Part shown: positions 18,706-28,835 of the stretch, piece by piece
How the letters are laid out: each line of letters begins with the position of its first letter
Numbering within the stretch: the first letter of the stretch is position 1
From: Marinicella sp.
GTDB lineage: Bacteria > Pseudomonadota > Gammaproteobacteria > Xanthomonadales > Marinicellaceae
NCBI GenBank assembly: GCA_965230295.1
Contig: OZ246001.1
Location: forward strand, 384,001 to 448,000
Direction of reading: 5' to 3'
DNA: 64,000 bases
Program-made: the position numbers and the translations under genes
Notes under the pieces: generated by a model
The model's input: the letters and a program-made list of their open reading frames with translations, nothing else
The model's database searches: none
Told to the model about the DNA's origin: nothing

Positions 18706-19083
18706 TTATCCAAGTAAAAGGGTTGATATCGCGTATACACTGCTCATCATCATCACAATCATGAGCAATTTGGTCAAATATTGCAGGGTAATGTTGATCG
18801 CATGGTTATGAACATAATCTTCCAAAACCACCTGAATCCCTAAAGTTCCATGGTAACTGCCTGCCAGAACAAACAGCAAAGTCACACCTGCATTAACCGG
18901 ACTGCCCAGCCACGCTGTAACAGACGAGGCATCCAAGTTAGGTAAACCAGCCAAACTGAATAACACATATAGACCACAGGGAATCAACAAAACAGCACTC
19001 ATGCGCTGCATCCACCAGTGTCCAAAACCATGTTTGGCGGTACCCAAACCTTTGACTTTTGCCATGTCAGATTGATAACTCAT
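18706..19083 (-). CDS. sdhD: Succinate dehydrogenase membrane anchor
   Basis: [17 protein letters not shown]. Confidence 0.95.
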   Translation of the reverse strand: MSYQSDMAKVKGLGTAKHGFGHWWMQRMSAVLLIPCGLYVLFSLAGLPNLDASSVTAWLGSPVNAGVTLLFVLAGSYHGTLGIQVVLEDYVHNHAINITLQYLTKLLMIVMMMSSVYAISTLLLG

Positions 19084-19092
19084 GGTGACCTC

Positions 19093-19470
19093 CTAGCGAC
19101 TCAAAAAGTAGACAGCTACAGTCAACAAAACTGCTGCCAATAAAACCAAATAACCTGATCGGTAAACCGCAGGGATTGAATACCCTTTGCCCACATCCCA
19201 GAACAAGTGTCTGATGCCGTTACATAGGTGGTAGGCAAATGCAAACACCCAGGCATACAACAAAACCATGCCAAAAGTTGATTGGAAGAATACAATCACA
19301 TTATCTGCTGCACCTGTGTCAGTGGCCAATACATAGAGCCAATAGATAAAAACAACCATCCCAAAGGACAAAAACAAGCCTGTTAAGCGATGGGTGATTG
19401 ACATCATGGATGTCAATTGTGGCTTGTACACCTGCAAATGTGGTGACAAGGGTCTGTGAGTTTTGTTCAT
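19093..19470 (-). CDS. sdhC: Succinate dehydrogenase cytochrome b556 subunit
   Basis: RPLSPHLQVY, SITHRLTG, GIRHLFWD. Confidence 0.96.
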   Translation of the reverse strand: MNKTHRPLSPHLQVYKPQLTSMMSITHRLTGLFLSFGMVVFIYWLYVLATDTGAADNVIVFFQSTFGMVLLYAWVFAFAYHLCNGIRHLFWDVGKGYSIPAVYRSGYLVLLAAVLLTVAVYFLSR

Positions 19471-19503
19471 GAATTACCCCTAATTGTGATTCATTCTGAA
19501 GGT

Positions 19504-19662
19504 CTAAAAATCTATGCAACGCCCATTCTTTTCCCAATCACCGTAACGAGTCGGGTCTAAACCGTCTTTTCGACCACCGATTTCCTTGCGAGGAGGCACT
19601 GGCTGCTGATCTGGTTTATTTGATTCTGGCTGCTTTTCTTTGCTGCTTTTTTCTGGTTTCAT
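19504..19662 (-). CDS. DUF1674 / SDHAF4-like SDH assembly factor (52 aa, not in the ORF track)
   Basis: Manual translation MKPEKSS...EIGGRKDGLDPTRYGDWEKNGRCIDF; directly upstream of sdhC. Confidence 0.9.
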   Translation of the reverse strand: MKPEKSSKEKQPESNKPDQQPVPPRKEIGGRKDGLDPTRYGDWEKNGRCIDF

Positions 19663-19806
19663 AATGGCGCTTATTGTAAGCTACATGCTGTAGAAATTAT
19701 GTCGGTGAGATGCCAACGAAATCTTGTCATACATACAACACCTACACTTGAAATCACACCCAAGTGTAACCACTTTAAGTGAGGCAAATTATAGCACCTT
19801 AACCAG

Positions 19807-20532
19807 ATGAATAAAACCACCAATCCAATGACACAAGACCAGAACAATTATCCAATCGATGTCTTTGAAATAACCGGAAATGATGCCGTTACCTTTTTGA
19901 ACAACCAAGTGTTGTCGGAACTCAATCGCCTCAGCGACACCACCGTTTTCACAGCCATCTGCAACCCCAAAGGACGCATCCTTTTCAGTTGTATTTTAAA
20001 AATACAAGAAAATCAGGTTTTGGCTGCAGTGGATGCCAGTTTAGGTGACAATTTTTTGCAATATATCAACATGCGGCGCTTTCGCATGGATTTCGAGATA
20101 AAAAAGTCAAAATACAGCATGCTTTTTGATGCAGCCGTAAATGTCCCCAATGTCAATGAACACATCATTTTCACCGACCAACCTGACAACACCCTTAATA
20201 CCAAAGATTTTTGGCTGTTTATGATGAGATCGGGATTGCCCTGGGTCACTGCAGAAACTTCTGAAAAATTCATCCCTCAGTATGTCAATCTTGACCAAAA
20301 CAACATCATAGCTTTCGATAAAGGCTGTTATCCAGGCCAAGAAATTGTTGCCAGGCTTCACTTTTTGGGAAAAGTTAAGAAAAGGATGCAAACCATACAA
20401 TACGAAGGTCCTGAACAATTGCCCCTGGAAGCCATCAGGAAAATACCCAATTTGACTCAGGTTGAGTCGCTTTGTTCACCTGCCTTTCAAGAGGGGGCAA
20501 AATGGACCTGCCAAGCAATCATTAAACTATAA
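19807..20532 (+). CDS. ygfZ: Folate-binding Fe-S repair protein YgfZ
   Basis: KGCYPGQEIVAR signature. Confidence 0.9.
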   Translation: MNKTTNPMTQDQNNYPIDVFEITGNDAVTFLNNQVLSELNRLSDTTVFTAICNPKGRILFSCILKIQENQVLAAVDASLGDNFLQYINMRRFRMDFEIKKSKYSMLFDAAVNVPNVNEHIIFTDQPDNTLNTKDFWLFMMRSGLPWVTAETSEKFIPQYVNLDQNNIIAFDKGCYPGQEIVARLHFLGKVKKRMQTIQYEGPEQLPLEAIRKIPNLTQVESLCSPAFQEGAKWTCQAIIKL

Positions 20533-20675
20533 TTGGAAGGTATTTCAAGACCTTACTGAACTTTCACAAACTAATTTGTGTCCAACCATTTGTATGTAGT
20601 TGTGATTGTGTTTATACCTGTCTGCATGCTACTATCATAAATAGTAAAAAAATGTGTATTAAAGGTGGGACTTAT

Positions 20676-21470
20676 ATGAAAGCAAGTAAATTCTTCGTGT
20701 GGCTGTTGTTATTCAGCTTTGTTACAGTCAGTAACAGCCAAACCGTCACTTTAGCCGTGGAAGCCGTTTACCCTAAGGATCAAGCCGAATTTGTCTATGA
20801 ACCATTGAAGAATTGGCTGGAAAAGAAAACCGGTTTAACCGTCGAGATTGAAAGCGCCGACAACTACTATTTTTATTGGCGTTCTGCCAAAAACCAAGAG
20901 CCAGATTTCACCTTAGATGCTTCACATGTGGCTGCCTACCGAATGAACGAAAAAAATTATGTCCCATTGGCTCGGGTTCAAGAAGACATTTCTTACCACC
21001 TCATTTCAAATTTCGAACCCGCTGAAGGCCAAAGTATCGGTGAATTTTTGGTGGGAGAACGGGTGGTGACCTTGCCAAACCCCAACATGGGTTCCATTTT
21101 ATTTGACCAATGGTTTACTGATTTGTTTTTACAGCCGCAAAAAATTGTGACCGCCTTATCTTGGGAAGATGTGATTGAACAAGTGTTTGCACAAAACGCC
21201 AATGCCGCCATCATTCCCAGCTCATTGTTTGATCTATATCCCAACTTTCTGTCATTGAGAGAAAGTGAAAAAATGCCTGGTGCCACTTTCCTGGCATCAC
21301 CTTTGGTCAGCCCCCAAATACAACAGTCCTTCAAAGATGCCATCATGAGTATTGGTGAAGATGATGAATCATTTGACATTCTAGCAGAGTTAAATTCTGA
21401 TGGATTTATTGAGGTTGATGCTAAAAACTATGAAAATTTGGCCGAACTTTTGACTGGATTATTGTACTGA
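20676..21470 (+). CDS. PhnD-like periplasmic substrate-binding protein
   Basis: Signal peptide; YEPLKNWLEKKTG and type-2 PBP-like pattern; start MKASK (track 20652). Confidence 0.65.
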   Translation: MKASKFFVWLLLFSFVTVSNSQTVTLAVEAVYPKDQAEFVYEPLKNWLEKKTGLTVEIESADNYYFYWRSAKNQEPDFTLDASHVAAYRMNEKNYVPLARVQEDISYHLISNFEPAEGQSIGEFLVGERVVTLPNPNMGSILFDQWFTDLFLQPQKIVTALSWEDVIEQVFAQNANAAIIPSSLFDLYPNFLSLRESEKMPGATFLASPLVSPQIQQSFKDAIMSIGEDDESFDILAELNSDGFIEVDAKNYENLAELLTGLLY

Positions 21471-21542
21471 GTCACAGTTTTTTAAAATTAAATCAGTTAT
21501 GGTCATTATCAGAGCATTGAAATACTTGTACTGAGGATTAAC

Positions 21543-21929
21543 ATGGGTACAATTTACCACATGAGCGAAAATAGCAACCACGAACGACGGCGATTCACCC
21601 GCATTCCTTTGATTAAGGACGTCATTCTCTATTCAGGCATGGAAGCACTGTCATCACAAATTTTGGATTTGTCCCTGAAAGGTGCTCTCTTAACTTGCCC
21701 AGAAAACCACCAACCAGAAATTGGTGAATTGTATCGATTAAGCATTCCTATTGAGAATTCACCAGCCATCATCATGAACATAGAAGTCATTCACACCAAC
21801 AATGAAACTTTTGGTGCAGAGTGGACCCAGATTGATATGGACAGTTTCGCAGTATTAAAAAGAACGATCGAATTGAACATCAAGGAAAAAGAAAGTTTAA
21901 GGAAAGACATCAAAACCCTGTCTGAATAA
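21543..21929 (+). CDS. PilZ domain protein (c-di-GMP binding)
   Basis: RRFTR and DLSLKG motifs. Confidence 0.88.
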   Translation: MGTIYHMSENSNHERRRFTRIPLIKDVILYSGMEALSSQILDLSLKGALLTCPENHQPEIGELYRLSIPIENSPAIIMNIEVIHTNNETFGAEWTQIDMDSFAVLKRTIELNIKEKESLRKDIKTLSE

Positions 21930-21937
21930 CCACCACA

Positions 21938-22714
21938 TCATTTTTCTGCCACCACATAACACACCCAACCAGCATCAGCTGTACCTTCAGTGGATTTGGT
22001 GTATATACCATCACCCTCTCCCGTTTCATCGTCCGTACCTTCCCAATACACATCAGCCGTTTTAAACCCGGCTTTTAGCAACATGTTGGTGATTTCCGGC
22101 AAGGTCCATAAACGCCAGTAATAATCAAACGCTTTGTCCATCCGAACCCCTTCATCGGTCACAAAATGGATATAACATTGCATTTGAGAGTTGATGGGAT
22201 TAAAACTGGCTTGTTCCCAGATGTAGGTAAAGCCATCGCACTCACGCTCTTCTTTCAATTCTTTGGCTGCTTCATACCCACCAAAAGCATCGAGAAAGAA
22301 CACACCGTCTTGATTCAAAGAATCCCTGACGGATTTGAAGTATCGAATCATCAAATCTCGTTCCATGAAGATAAAGTAACTGAAATTCATGGCCAGAACC
22401 ACATCAAGGTTTTCTGCACCTGCTGACATCACATCAGCCTCCAATAATTTAATGCGGCTTTGCTGTTCTGGAGTCAATTCTGCAATGTTATTCTGTCTTC
22501 CCCATTGCAATACCAGTGGATCCAAGTCAACACCCCAAGCCAGGTTTTCATCGCCCCTTCCTATCCATTCACAAGCTGTTTGAGCCGTACCGCAAAAGTC
22601 TTCCCGGAGTCTTATGGCAGGACGCCCTTTGATGTCACGGTAAGTGGCTTCAACAAAATCAATTTCAGCTTCTACACACTGGACTGCATTTTGATACAAA
22701 TAATGTTTATCCAA
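21938..22714 (-). CDS. Class I SAM-dependent methyltransferase
   Basis: LREDFCGTA, GVDLD, NFSY. Confidence 0.8.
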   Translation of the reverse strand: MDKHYLYQNAVQCVEAEIDFVEATYRDIKGRPAIRLREDFCGTAQTACEWIGRGDENLAWGVDLDPLVLQWGRQNNIAELTPEQQSRIKLLEADVMSAGAENLDVVLAMNFSYFIFMERDLMIRYFKSVRDSLNQDGVFFLDAFGGYEAAKELKEERECDGFTYIWEQASFNPINSQMQCYIHFVTDEGVRMDKAFDYYWRLWTLPEITNMLLKAGFKTADVYWEGTDDETGEGDGIYTKSTEGTADAGWVCYVVAEK

Positions 22715-22721
22715 CGGACAC

Positions 22722-23774
22722 TTACCTCAGTCTTGCATTCAACTGATCAAGCACACTGGATCCTGGGCACAGCTCAGCTTGGCTCAATGCATTCAGTGGT
22801 TTGGCAACTGTGCGTATACTCCTGTGGGTATCAGGTTCTGACTCGTTGTGATAAATCAAACCAGTGAGGATTTTTTGTTCTTCTTTGACTGACTCAATGC
22901 GATCCATGGCCGCTCTGCGACTGGTTAAATCATAATCCTCGGCATTCTTTTGCAAAATCAATTCGCTGCCATCATGTAGCTGAACCTGTCGAGAACTGCC
23001 CGCAGGGTAATCCAGGGTTATGGTTGATCTTTCAGGGATGAAATCAATGGCACCTGTCGCTTCCATGTGGTCTCTGACCCATTCATAACCTTTGGTAGAA
23101 CTGGGGGTGTTGTTGAATGTTACACAGGGTGATACCACATCAATAAAGGCGAAACCCGGATGTTTAATCGCCGCTTTGATCAGGGGAATCAACTGTTTTT
23201 TATCACCTGAAAAACTTCTGGCCACCATGCCAGCACCCAGTTGTAATGCCATCTGACATAAGTCGATAGACTCAAACAAACTGGGAACGCCTTTTTTACC
23301 CGCAGAACCTTTGTCAGCTGTGGCTGAGTCCTGACCTTTGGTTAATCCATAACAACCATTGTTCATGACCAGATAAACCATGTTCAAGTTGCGGCGCACC
23401 ACATGAGCAAACTGCCCCATCCCAATGGAAGCCGTATCACCATCTCCTGAGACACCAATGTAAAGCAAATCTCGGTTGGCCATGTTGGCGCCAGTGGTGA
23501 CTGATGGCATGCGCCCATGAACCGAGTTAAACCCATGCGCTTTACCTAAAAAATAAGTGGGGGTTTTTGAAGAACATCCTATACCTGAAATTTTGGCAAT
23601 TTTGTGTGGTTCCAGATTCAAATCAAAACATGATTTGATGATGGCTGCACTGATTGAATCATGACCACAGCCGGCACACAAAGTGGACAATGCACCTTCA
23701 TAGTTTTTGATGGAGTAGCCTTTGTCATTGGTGTGGTTTTCCGGGTGTCTGAAGTTGGGTCTGATGAATGTCAT
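22722..23774 (-). CDS. 2-oxoacid:ferredoxin oxidoreductase beta subunit
   Basis: LCAGCG, SGIGCS, GDGD TPP motif, YGLTKGQ, SPCVTFN. Confidence 0.93.
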   Translation of the reverse strand: MTFIRPNFRHPENHTNDKGYSIKNYEGALSTLCAGCGHDSISAAIIKSCFDLNLEPHKIAKISGIGCSSKTPTYFLGKAHGFNSVHGRMPSVTTGANMANRDLLYIGVSGDGDTASIGMGQFAHVVRRNLNMVYLVMNNGCYGLTKGQDSATADKGSAGKKGVPSLFESIDLCQMALQLGAGMVARSFSGDKKQLIPLIKAAIKHPGFAFIDVVSPCVTFNNTPSSTKGYEWVRDHMEATGAIDFIPERSTITLDYPAGSSRQVQLHDGSELILQKNAEDYDLTSRRAAMDRIESVKEEQKILTGLIYHNESEPDTHRSIRTVAKPLNALSQAELCPGSSVLDQLNARLR

Positions 23775-23775
23775 T

Positions 23776-25614
23776 TCAGGCCTCCTGTTGTATGTCAGTG
23801 ATTGAAATTTTATCTAAATGGCGCTGAATTTCAGACACCAAGAATGAAGCGGTTATTGGCATACCATCAATATTGAGGATCGGGATGATTTTGTTAGGAT
23901 CAGTCGCCAACTCATTGACCAACAGCGTTTTCATTTGAGCGTCACGATTTTGCTCAATCACAAAAACCACTTCATGTTCATCAATGAATCTTTGCACTTC
24001 ATCACCAAAAGGAAATGCTTTGATCCGCATGGCATCTATTGTTTGCTTACTGCGCAGTTGATCCAAAGCTTCTTTACTTGAATATTCACTGGTGCCAAAG
24101 TAAACCACACCAATTTTGCAATCATGACCTGAGACTTCAGCGGCTGGCACAATTTGCTTGGCCGTGTTCCATTTAACCAACAATCGTTGCATGCCTTCGG
24201 CATAAACTTCACCATCTTCGGTATACACGGCATATTCATCATGTGAAGAACCCCGGGTGAAGAAGGATCCCTTTTCAGGGTGGGTTCCTGGAATGGTGCG
24301 ATAAGGGATGCCGTCACCATCAACATCCAAATACCGGCCCCAACGCTCACTTAAGTCAGACAATTGTTGTTCATTCAGGACCTTACCTCGGTCATAAACC
24401 CGGTCGTCATCCCACTCTATAGGATCGCATTGGTGTATGTTCATTCCCAGGTCTAAATCACTCATCATGATGACCGGGGTTTGTAAGCGTTCAGCCAAAT
24501 CAAAACCTTCCACCGTCATTTCAAAGCATTCTTTGGGGTTGGCTGGAAACAACAAGACATGCTTGGTGTCTCCATGCGAAGCGTACGCTGCTGCCAATAA
24601 GTCTGATTGCTGGGTTCTGGTGGGCATACCCGTACTGGGCCCAGTGCGTTGAATGTCCATCAACATCACCGGTATCTCGGCAAAATAGGCCAACCCCAAA
24701 AACTCACTCATCAGTGACACACCGGGTCCTGAAGTGGCAGTAAAAGCCCTGGCTCCATTCCAACTGGCTCCAATGACGATGCCGATGGCTGCCAATTCAT
24801 CTTCAGCCTGAACAATAGCAAATTTATTGTCACCGGTTTCAGGGTCCACTCGGTAAGCCATGCAATACTTTTCAAAGGCTTCAACCACAGAAGTAGATGG
24901 TGTTATCGGGTACCAGCCTGCAACCGTGGCACCGGCAAAAACCGCACCCAAACCTGCCGCTGCATTGCCCTCCATAAGGATTTGGTCGCCATTCAAATCA
25001 CGGCGATGGATGTTGAGTTTACAGGCGTCTTTGTGGTGCTTTTGGGCATAATCAAATCCCAGCTTGAGTGCTTTGATGTTTGGCTCAATCAGCTTGGCCT
25101 TTTTGGCAAATTGGGATTTGATGGAATCTTCAAACACCGTAAAGTCCATTTCAAACAGATAAGCCAAAGCACCCACATAAATGATGTTTTTAAATATTTG
25201 ACGCTGTCTGGGATCGGTGTAATTGGCATTACATAAATCGGTTAGAGGAATGCCGATGTTGATCACGTCATCACGGGTGAAGGTGTCTGGCAGCCGCCTG
25301 GATGAATCGTAAAAGAAATAACCCCCTGGTAACAATTCGTGGTAATCCCTGACCATGGTTTGCCCATTGACGGCAACAATGAAATCATACCCGCCTCGTC
25401 GACCTAAATAACCTTGTTCATTGATCCTGACTTCAAACCAAGTTGGTAACCCTTGGATGTTTGAAGGAAATATATTTTTCGAGGAAACCGGGATGCCTAG
25501 CCTGAACACCGCTTTATTGAATAAATTATTGGCAGAAGCCGAACCGGAACCATTGACATTGGCAAACCTGATGACAAAATCATTGGTGGCTTGTATAGCA
25601 GCCATGTCATTCAT
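23776..25614 (-). CDS. 2-oxoacid:acceptor oxidoreductase alpha subunit (fused gamma domain)
   Basis: YPITPST, QAEDELAA, ATSGPG, GPSTGMPT. Confidence 0.93.
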   Translation of the reverse strand: MNDMAAIQATNDFVIRFANVNGSGSASANNLFNKAVFRLGIPVSSKNIFPSNIQGLPTWFEVRINEQGYLGRRGGYDFIVAVNGQTMVRDYHELLPGGYFFYDSSRRLPDTFTRDDVINIGIPLTDLCNANYTDPRQRQIFKNIIYVGALAYLFEMDFTVFEDSIKSQFAKKAKLIEPNIKALKLGFDYAQKHHKDACKLNIHRRDLNGDQILMEGNAAAGLGAVFAGATVAGWYPITPSTSVVEAFEKYCMAYRVDPETGDNKFAIVQAEDELAAIGIVIGASWNGARAFTATSGPGVSLMSEFLGLAYFAEIPVMLMDIQRTGPSTGMPTRTQQSDLLAAAYASHGDTKHVLLFPANPKECFEMTVEGFDLAERLQTPVIMMSDLDLGMNIHQCDPIEWDDDRVYDRGKVLNEQQLSDLSERWGRYLDVDGDGIPYRTIPGTHPEKGSFFTRGSSHDEYAVYTEDGEVYAEGMQRLLVKWNTAKQIVPAAEVSGHDCKIGVVYFGTSEYSSKEALDQLRSKQTIDAMRIKAFPFGDEVQRFIDEHEVVFVIEQNRDAQMKTLLVNELATDPNKIIPILNIDGMPITASFLVSEIQRHLDKISITDIQQEA

Positions 25615-27389
25615 AACTTGTCTCCGGCAGTGGCTTCATGGAGTAAAAACTTTTGCATATCCCAGGCTCCTGTTGGACACCGTTCAGCACATAGGCCACA
25701 GTGTAAACAAACATTTTCATCTTTGACCATGACCCGTTTGGTTTTAAGCGCATCTGAAACATACAAATCTTGGCTTTCATTGGTGGCTTTGACTTTCAAT
25801 TTATCACGCAATTGCGCTTCCTCATCATTGTCAATGAAATTGATACAATCCACAGGGCAAATGTCCTCACAAGCATCACACTCAATACAGCGATCTGTTT
25901 CAAATACGGTTTGTACATCACAATTGAGACAGCGCATCGCTTCTTCATAACCTTGTGATAAATCAAAACCCTTTTCTACTTCAAGTTTGCGGTCCGACAG
26001 GGCTTTGCCCTTGTCCACCAATGCCACTATATTGCGGTCATCATCAGAAATGTGCGCATCATACAGCCAGTCATGAAAACCCATTTTTTGGCTGACTAAG
26101 TTCACATCCGGAGCCGGCCTGTCAGTGGTCTTCAAGCCTGCACACAAATGATGGATCGAAATCGCAGCTTGGTGACCATGCGCCACCGCCGTGATCACAT
26201 TTTCCGGACCCCAGGCAGCATCACCACCCACAAAGATTTTGGGTACAGATGTCTGAAAGGTTGTTTTGTCTACTTCTGGCATGTCCCAATCATTAAACTC
26301 GATGCCAATGTCTCGTTCGATCCAGGGAAATGAATTCAACTGGCCAATGGCCATCAACACATCATCACATGGCATCATCACTTCCTCTCCTGTAGGCACC
26401 AATGTTCGTTTTCCATTGTCATCAAAGACGGGCTCTACCAGTTCAAACAACATGCCTGTTAAGCGACCATTTTCAGTGATGAATGCTTTGGGATTATGGT
26501 TTTCATACATGGGTATGTCTTCATGTTGGGCATCTTCGATTTCCCAAGGCGAAGCTTTCATGTCTGATTTTGGACTTCTGACCACCACACGGACATCCTT
26601 ACCGCCTAACCTGATGGCAGTCCGGCAACAATCCATGGCGGTGTTACCACCACCCAACACCAGTACATTCTTACCGATCTTATCAACGTGTTCAAAAGCC
26701 ACATTGGCCAACCAATCGATACCAATGTGAATATTGGCATCGCCTTCCTGGCGGCCAGGCAACTTGGGTAAATCACGCCCTCTGGGAGCGCCGGTGCCAA
26801 CGAAAATGGCATCATAATCTTTGTCCAACATGGCTTTCATGCTGGTCACTTCTTGATTGAAATGGGTCACCACACCCATATCCAATATGTAGTTGACTTC
26901 TTCATCTAATACAGATTCAGGCAAGCGAAAAGCAGGAATTTGGCTGCGCATGAACCCGCCACCTTTTTTCTGATCATCGTACAGGTCAATTTCATAGCCC
27001 AGAGGCATCAAATCTCTGGCCACCGTTAATGACGCCGGACCGGCCCCAATCAGCGCTATTTTTTTGCCATTTTTTTGTTCAGGAATTTCTGGCAAGCGTT
27101 CACTGATGTCGGTTTTGTTATCTGCTGCCACCCGTTTCAGTCGGCAAATGGCCACTGGCTCCTCTTCAACCCGCCCCCTTCTGCAAGCTGGTTCACAGGG
27201 CCTGTCACAAGTTCTACCCAAGACACCAGGGAAGACATTGGATTGCCAATTAATCATGTATGCATCATTGAATCTCCCTGCTGCTATGAGTCGAATGTAC
27301 TCTGGCACAGGGGTATGCGCTGGACAGGCATACTGGCAATCGACCACTTTGTGAAAATATTCTGGATCAGCAATATCAGTTGGTTTCAT
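25611..27389 (-). CDS. GltD-like FAD/NAD(P)-dependent oxidoreductase with C-terminal 4Fe-4S ferredoxin domains
   Basis: CQYACP, GAGPA, GGGNTAMD, CIECDACEDICP, CLHCGLCAERCP. Confidence 0.9.
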   Translation of the reverse strand: MKPTDIADPEYFHKVVDCQYACPAHTPVPEYIRLIAAGRFNDAYMINWQSNVFPGVLGRTCDRPCEPACRRGRVEEEPVAICRLKRVAADNKTDISERLPEIPEQKNGKKIALIGAGPASLTVARDLMPLGYEIDLYDDQKKGGGFMRSQIPAFRLPESVLDEEVNYILDMGVVTHFNQEVTSMKAMLDKDYDAIFVGTGAPRGRDLPKLPGRQEGDANIHIGIDWLANVAFEHVDKIGKNVLVLGGGNTAMDCCRTAIRLGGKDVRVVVRSPKSDMKASPWEIEDAQHEDIPMYENHNPKAFITENGRLTGMLFELVEPVFDDNGKRTLVPTGEEVMMPCDDVLMAIGQLNSFPWIERDIGIEFNDWDMPEVDKTTFQTSVPKIFVGGDAAWGPENVITAVAHGHQAAISIHHLCAGLKTTDRPAPDVNLVSQKMGFHDWLYDAHISDDDRNIVALVDKGKALSDRKLEVEKGFDLSQGYEEAMRCLNCDVQTVFETDRCIECDACEDICPVDCINFIDNDEEAQLRDKLKVKATNESQDLYVSDALKTKRVMVKDENVCLHCGLCAERCPTGAWDMQKFLLHEATAGDKL

Positions 27390-27419
27390 GTAAGCTTATC
27401 TCTCTAATATGGATAGTAT

Positions 27420-27896
27420 TTAAGGTTCCTTCGGGGTGTTTTTTTGGCAGACATCCCAAGCATCAACTTGGTAGCCACTTTCGAGTAAATAGATCAACCA
27501 TTTATTCAGGAAACAGTTTTGACTGTAACGTAAATCAGCCTGGTTTTGAATATCAACTTGGCCTCCCAATTGACGAAATTGTTTTTCGAACTCATTGGAA
27601 TAAACCAGTTCAGCCAATTGGGCATCGTGGTAAATCCTGATCACCAATGCATCAGAAACAGCCTCATCAAACAACATGCACATTGAAATCTCGGTGGTGA
27701 ATTTGAAGCGTTCCCTGATGGTAACTTGCAAGGTCGGCCTTGCAGTCAAGCTTGATTGATAAACATTGAATGTTTCTGACATTTGAGGTAACAAAGCCTT
27801 CAGCAAGCGATGGTTGTATTCATGTAACTGCATCAAACTGATGTTATGTCTGCGGACATATTGTCGATGCGTTAAATAATGTTCGGTCAAAATCAT
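27420..27896 (-). CDS. DUF1249 (YqiB-like) protein
   Basis: IRIYHDAQLAE, NCFLNKWL. Confidence 0.8.
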   Translation of the reverse strand: MILTEHYLTHRQYVRRHNISLMQLHEYNHRLLKALLPQMSETFNVYQSSLTARPTLQVTIRERFKFTTEISMCMLFDEAVSDALVIRIYHDAQLAELVYSNEFEKQFRQLGGQVDIQNQADLRYSQNCFLNKWLIYLLESGYQVDAWDVCQKNTPKEP

Positions 27897-28718
27897 CTAA
27901 TAAAGTCTTTTATTTAAGTCCAGGGCTATCATTATCTTACCCGAAATTTCTTCAATTGAGGTAAGAGTTGTGTTTAAAAATGGAATTTGATTGCGGTGAT
28001 AAATCACTTCAGCATCGCTGACCTCCATCTGACACTTCCGCAACTCGGCATACCTCGAATTGGGCCGCCGTTCGCCCCTGATTTGTGACAACCGGAAAGG
28101 ATCAATGGTTAAGCCGAACAATTTATCTTTGTGTTGCATCACATCATTGGGTAGCTTCATGCGCTCCAAATCCTCGTCAGTGATGGGGTAATTAGCCGCC
28201 TTCAGCCCATAGTGTAAAGCCAGATAAAGACAAGTAGGCGTTTTACCTGATCTGGAAACACCCAGCAAAATCAAATCAGCCTTTTGCAAATTCAAATTAA
28301 CACCATCATCATGAGACAGGGCAAAGTTGGTGGCTTCAATTCGGTCATTGTAAGAAGTGCTGTCAGACATGCCGTGGGTTCGACCCACACCTGGATCACT
28401 TTTGATGCCTAAATTCCGTTCAATGCGGCGCAACAATCGGTTAAATGGGTCTAACTTCAATCCACCAGCTGAATGGATGATTTTTCGTAACTCTATATCA
28501 ACCACAGTATTGATGACCAGCGGCTGGTAGTCTGACGGGGTATTTTTAATGATATCAGCTGCAGTTTGTGCAGATTGTTCATCATTGATAAAAGCCAAAC
28601 GACGTTCAATGAATTGGATGCCAGTGAACTGTGTGATCAAGCTTCTGCCAACCGTCTCAGCTGTAATGGCTGTGCCATCTGACACATAAAAGATGGCACA
28701 TTTATTATTTTCAGTCAT
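27897..28718 (-). CDS. ppsR: PEP synthase regulatory kinase/pyrophosphorylase
   Basis: SDGTAITAE, HDDG, GVSRSGKTP; divergent from ppsA. Confidence 0.93.
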   Translation of the reverse strand: MTENNKCAIFYVSDGTAITAETVGRSLITQFTGIQFIERRLAFINDEQSAQTAADIIKNTPSDYQPLVINTVVDIELRKIIHSAGGLKLDPFNRLLRRIERNLGIKSDPGVGRTHGMSDSTSYNDRIEATNFALSHDDGVNLNLQKADLILLGVSRSGKTPTCLYLALHYGLKAANYPITDEDLERMKLPNDVMQHKDKLFGLTIDPFRLSQIRGERRPNSRYAELRKCQMEVSDAEVIYHRNQIPFLNTTLTSIEEISGKIMIALDLNKRLY

Positions 28719-28835
28719 TGAATTGTTCTCATTCCTACTTTTTCAGCAAAAAATTGCAATTATCCTTGGCTGACTGTTTATGCCAACCTGTCTAAGATAT
28801 AGAATATACCACTTTTGTTAATCGCAGGGAAATTC

